In this document: positions 16,591-20,000 of the stretch, in pieces
Numbering within the stretch: the first letter of the stretch is position 1
How the letters are laid out: each line of letters begins with the position of its first letter
IMG/VR virus record: IMGVR_UViG_3300044731_000312
Strand: one strand, 5' to 3'
From: an uncultured virus (IMG/VR IMGVR_UViG_3300044731_000312)
Lineage: Duplodnaviria > Heunggongvirae > Uroviricota > Caudoviricetes
Length of the DNA stretch: 20,000 nucleotides
Program-made: the position numbers and the translations under genes
The notes under the pieces: generated by a model
What the model saw: the letters and a program-made list of their open reading frames with translations, nothing else
The model's database searches: none
Told to the model about the DNA's origin: nothing

Positions 16591-17165
16591 AGCCAAGCCC
16601 TAACGATATAGGGTGCCAGCCGTGCACGGAATCGGTTTGTAAGGTCACGGTATACTGTCGTTACTGTCGTGCCGCCTTCTGACGAAGCCACCGACTGAAG
16701 TCCGATTCTGTTTTCACGTCCTGAATAATCTGTGTTTTTGAATAACTCCACGACCATTTCGGAGCAAACACTCTTAAGATCGTAAGGTGCAGTGGCGTCT
16801 GTATAACCGACCGTAAGATTCGCACGCCACAGAACGTAGTTAAGACCTTCGTCATAGTACACCTGATATACACCATCTGCCTTGACTACGATAGCGCCTG
16901 TGGCTGTTGTCCAGGTTGCATCGTCTACGTGTTCCTTATACTGTAGTGATGTCAAGGTAACAGGCACGGTGTAAGGTAGGATATAGGTCTGCATCCTGTT
17001 ACCTACGAAGTCCAGCGCTACGGTCTCGGTTTCGATAGGTTGTTTGCAGATGCCCTTGATAATAGAGCCAGCCTGCAGGATGAAGCCTAGAATGCGCGTG
17101 TCTTGCGTGCTGTCCCCAATGTTGAGATAGCTTGTCTTAATATCCGAGACAGTTACGAGTGCCAT
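16587..17165 (-). CDS. Head-tail connector (gp6-like adaptor)
   Basis: MALVTVSDIKTSYLNI...DTRI...LTVGY..APYDLKSVCSEMV...LAPY pattern, typical of adaptor proteins. Confidence 0.82.
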   Translation of the reverse strand: MALVTVSDIKTSYLNIGDSTQDTRILGFILQAGSIIKGICKQPIETETVALDFVGNRMQTYILPYTVPVTLTSLQYKEHVDDATWTTATGAIVVKADGVYQVYYDEGLNYVLWRANLTVGYTDATAPYDLKSVCSEMVVELFKNTDYSGRENRIGLQSVASSEGGTTVTTVYRDLTNRFRARLAPYIVRAWL

Positions 17166-17627
17166 TTACTTAATCCCCACAACGTCAAAAATTGCCTGAT
17201 CGGTTTCGTTCAATTCCGTTGGAAAACGTGTTGATAAAATTAGGTCTTTCTTATACAAACTTACGCACACCTTATCCGACTGGTTCCCTCCGAGAAGATA
17301 TACGCTGTCGCCTTTTTCACCTGTGTAGAAACCGACGTGATGGCCACCCTTGCGTTTAAGAACTACCAAACACCCGTACTGCATAGGCACCTCGCGCCCC
17401 CACTTCAGCCATGACTTGGCTGCAGCGGATCGTGTGATGGCGTAGCCGGCGCGGTCAAAAACCCAGTTCACAAATGACGAACACCAAGGTATTTCGTCAG
17501 CTTTGGCTTTCAACGTGGTAAGTGCATGGTATTCGAGGATTCTCGGAGTGTGCGAGGAGATGCCAGTGATTTCCTTGATGCCCTTTTCACCTTCGGCAAT
17601 CTTTAGCCACCTGTACTTGTTAGACAT
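17166..17627 (-). CDS. TIGR02594-type NlpC/P60-superfamily peptidoglycan hydrolase (endolysin)
   Basis: WLKIAEGEKGIKE, DEIPWCSSFVNW (catalytic Cys), AKSWLKWG, GHHVGF (His) and LLGGNQSD. Confidence 0.9.
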   Translation of the reverse strand: MSNKYRWLKIAEGEKGIKEITGISSHTPRILEYHALTTLKAKADEIPWCSSFVNWVFDRAGYAITRSAAAKSWLKWGREVPMQYGCLVVLKRKGGHHVGFYTGEKGDSVYLLGGNQSDKVCVSLYKKDLILSTRFPTELNETDQAIFDVVGIK

Positions 17628-17910
17628 CTAATTGGTTTCCCTTCGCTGTTTTGTAGGATTGCCAGGCCATTTCTTCAAACAACCTTGTCCGCTCTTCATT
17701 GTGATCTTGCCCAGTGGCAGCCTCAAAAGCGTGGTACCATTCGTGCAAGAAGGTCTTGAGTTGCGTTTCTATGGTCGTGAGCCGGCCGTCTACGTGGGTT
17801 GCTATGCGGATGGTGTGTTTCTCAGCGTCGCACTCGCCATAGGCACCGCGCATCTTGCACATCCGCACACGCCATGTGTGGCCTCCGAGTTTGAACGACG
17901 TGGGGATCAT
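17620..17910 (-). CDS. Small HExxH metallopeptidase-like protein
   Basis: 96 aa with YGECD...IRI...TFLHEWYHA...HNEE. Confidence 0.75.
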   Translation of the reverse strand: MIPTSFKLGGHTWRVRMCKMRGAYGECDAEKHTIRIATHVDGRLTTIETQLKTFLHEWYHAFEAATGQDHNEERTRLFEEMAWQSYKTAKGNQLDV

Positions 17911-18977
17911 CTCACTTCTCCGTCAATAATCATCTTGTTGTAAACTGTGAAACGTCCCGAGTCTTGCAGGTCGACAAGAGCGAACCCGTGATTCCAGCCG
18001 TTACGAGCCGCGTAGAAAGGATTCAAATCGCACAGGCACCCAACAGACCACCCTGCTATGAAAGACCCGTCTAAGGGCCTGCGAATCATGTCCGTGGACG
18101 TTCTATGCACGTGACCCACTAGGATATTGTCGAGAGCCTTCATTCGGTAGTTTCGCCCTGGTGTTACACCACCACCACCAAACCACTCATGGCCGTGATC
18201 TATCCACAGCTGGCCAGCCTGCATCTTGCCACGTTTTGATACCCACTCGATACCGATCTCACGTAGTTTCAGAAACTCCTCGAGGTAAACGGTGCCGATT
18301 AGTTCCTTCGCCTTACGTGCAAGGTAGCGCTGGTATCTTTCTTCGTGGTTGCCCTCACGGTAGACGATGCGTACCTTATCACCAAAGAAAGCCCGCAGGT
18401 GTTTCAGCATGGCGATAGCAACATCCAATTCCCACTTCCAAGAACGTTTCCCTTCGACCTTCTCGTGGTCTGACAGGTTATAAACGTCGAGCATATCGCC
18501 GTTTAATACCAGCGTGTCTATGCCCTCATCACGGAGTGTTTCTATGGCTGTCCAGTATGCCCCGTAGAAATTGCCGGCCGAGTCCTTGCGTAGGTCATGG
18601 AATGGCCAGTGTGCATCCGAGATGATGCCTATCTTACCAGGTCTAATTTCGCATACTTCGTCATCACGTAATTCGCCTGCTATGGCATCGTCGAAGGGAA
18701 CAGCCCCGTATTCGGTAGGTGGTGCTTCGGCTATTCGTAGTTTCTTAAGTGCTTCGGCCTCACGTTCATGGACGCTGTTTAGTGCTGCCTTTGCCTTCGC
18801 AATCTTCGTTTTTATTACTTCGGGATTCTCAGCAGCGAAGGCGTGGGCGTTCTTGATTTCAGCGCCGCGTATTATGCCACCCTTTATCTGGGATTTCTTC
18901 ATACGAGCCGCACGGTAATCTTCGATGATTTCCCGCACGGCATCGTACTCTACATCGGACAGGCGTAAACGCGGCAT
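17907..18977 (-). CDS. Calcineurin-like metallophosphoesterase
   Basis: Complete motif set: ISDAHWP, NGDMLD, GNHEER, HGHE and GHVHR. It also has a helical N-terminal extension of about 110 aa. Confidence 0.92.
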   Translation of the reverse strand: MPRLRLSDVEYDAVREIIEDYRAARMKKSQIKGGIIRGAEIKNAHAFAAENPEVIKTKIAKAKAALNSVHEREAEALKKLRIAEAPPTEYGAVPFDDAIAGELRDDEVCEIRPGKIGIISDAHWPFHDLRKDSAGNFYGAYWTAIETLRDEGIDTLVLNGDMLDVYNLSDHEKVEGKRSWKWELDVAIAMLKHLRAFFGDKVRIVYREGNHEERYQRYLARKAKELIGTVYLEEFLKLREIGIEWVSKRGKMQAGQLWIDHGHEWFGGGGVTPGRNYRMKALDNILVGHVHRTSTDMIRRPLDGSFIAGWSVGCLCDLNPFYAARNGWNHGFALVDLQDSGRFTVYNKMIIDGEVR

Positions 18978-18993
18978 GTCTGGCCCTGTCTAT

Positions 18994-19368
18994 TTACTTT
19001 TTATCGGCTGTGAAATAGGATTGGATAATGTCCACAATGCCATAACAAGCACCAAGAACGAGGCTTTCTGTTACGTTGCCTGTGCTAATACCGAACAAAC
19101 TAAGTCCCAAAAATATGAGCTTGACAACGCCTGTTAAGGTGGTTTTCCAGTTGCTCATTGCAACCCCTTTGCATATTGTAAATAAATGAGGTACTAAACG
19201 CAACATAATCCACGCATTGTGGATTTTATCAACAATGTTAGTGCTCGGCTGTTCTTCAGCATCAACGACAGGCAACGGCTGAACAGGTCGTATTTTCTGG
19301 AATACGTTCGGCCGTTCTATGCGCCTCGGAAGTACCTTCGTAATTATCGGGTCTTCACTTAGTGACAC
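18994..19368 (-). CDS. Holin-like membrane protein
   Basis: The C-terminal 54 aa (MSNWKTTLTG...) have two hydrophobic segments and a KK end. GTG start at 19368, with an alternative ATG at 19158. Confidence 0.55.
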   Translation of the reverse strand: MSLSEDPIITKVLPRRIERPNVFQKIRPVQPLPVVDAEEQPSTNIVDKIHNAWIMLRLVPHLFTICKGVAMSNWKTTLTGVVKLIFLGLSLFGISTGNVTESLVLGACYGIVDIIQSYFTADKK

Positions 19369-19639
19369 GCTTGTATGCCTTACGTGGTTTGGGTTCTGTG
19401 TGACCTGTGCGCTCTTCTAATCTTACCAGCCGCTCAATGATCTCCACAATGCGCTGTGTGATTAGTTCGTCTGATTTCTTAAGTGCGATGATTTCGTTAG
19501 TCGTATTGCTCATGACTTCGTGCATGGCGATAACGTTGTCACGTGTTTCGCGGAAATCATTTACTAACGTCTTCACCCAAAAGCCGATGATGGCCAGCAT
19601 GGTGCTCATGATGATACCAAACATAGTCTCTACTGTCAT
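19355..19639 (-). CDS. Membrane protein with coiled coil (holin/lysis-associated candidate)
   Basis: N-terminal transmembrane segment (MFGIIMSTMLAIIGFWV), a heptad region ending ERLVRLEER, and a basic tail. Confidence 0.6.
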   Translation of the reverse strand: MTVETMFGIIMSTMLAIIGFWVKTLVNDFRETRDNVIAMHEVMSNTTNEIIALKKSDELITQRIVEIIERLVRLEERTGHTEPKPRKAYKRVTK

Positions 19640-19851
19640 GGCTGTTGCTCCTGCGCTACGTCATCGTTATTAGGGATTGCACGATAGAAGCGGGATTCGC
19701 TTTCTTCCCACCAGTCGCCAATGCCTGCCCAATCGTTGGCAATCATAACCGTGCCGTCATCTGGCGGCTGCCATGTTTCAAGCGAGCCATCCCATAGGCA
19801 CGTATTGTACACTACGTTGTCTTTCACCATTGCGTATCGTTTTGGTTCCAT
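19636..19851 (-). CDS. Small fibre-associated or fibre assembly-like protein
   Basis: RYAMVKDNVVYNTCLWDG..WQPP...AGIGDWW pattern, directly after the glycine-rich gene. Confidence 0.6.
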   Translation of the reverse strand: MEPKRYAMVKDNVVYNTCLWDGSLETWQPPDDGTVMIANDWAGIGDWWEESESRFYRAIPNNDDVAQEQQP

Positions 19852-19854
19852 CGT

Positions 19855-20000
19855 TTAAGCTCCGTAATATTCGACTACAAAAACAAGACCATCGCCGCCG
19901 TTACCGCCAGCTCCTGAGTCAGCACCGTTAGTGCTTCCACCGCCACCGCCGCCCCCTGCACCTTTGCCACCATTGGCACCATTGCCAGCAGCTATTGTGC
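19855..20000 (-). CDS. Glycine-rich fibre protein, C-terminal part (partial)
   Basis: Not in the track. Reads ...TIAAGNGANGGKGAGGGGGGGSTNGADSGAGGNGGDGLVFVVEYYGA*. The GGxGGDGxVxVxEY ending is typical of glycine-rich phage fibre domains. Confidence 0.8.
   Translation of the reverse strand, partial: TIAAGNGANGGKGAGGGGGGGSTNGADSGAGGNGGDGLVFVVEYYGA

Noticed and set aside
1592..16876. Nested out-of-frame minus-strand ORFs (for example 1592-2005, 2961-3146, 11152-11439, 16661-16876)
   Set aside because: They lie wholly inside stronger genes with no motif support. None has the lipobox expected of an embedded o-spanin.
128..19673. Plus-strand ORFs in the track (for example 899-1399, 12546-13112, 13539-14030)
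   Set aside because: They are antisense shadows of well-supported minus-strand genes, with no recognisable motifs.
177..19857. Stop-codon reassignment, since all called genes end in TAA or TGA and none in TAG
   Set aside because: Genes are full length under the standard code and none needs TAG read-through. TAG is normally the rarest stop.

Overview
This window is a 20 kb segment of a long-tailed (siphovirus-like) bacteriophage or prophage. Every credible gene is on the minus strand. Reading from 20000 down to 1, the order is: the end of a glycine-rich fibre gene and a small partner; two membrane or holin-like genes; a metallophosphoesterase; an HExxH protein; a TIGR02594/NlpC-P60-type endolysin; head-tail joining genes; a GT2 glycosyltransferase directly before the major tail protein; a tail assembly chaperone pair apparently joined by a +1 frameshift; a 1178-aa tape measure protein; and tail-tip genes including a C1q/TNF-like protein. 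A strong terminator at about 5857-5893 ends this late operon. An early/middle region follows, with sigma70-like promoters, small ORFs, a second GT2, a ribbon-helix-helix regulator, a PD-(D/E)XK exonuclease, a putative SSB and an AT-rich HNH endonuclease. The most notable points are a probable virion-glycosylation module, a UUU-CGA +1 frameshift site, and a repeated promoter/operator/ACACGGAG leader design in the early region. All calls come from reading motifs by eye; no searches were run.
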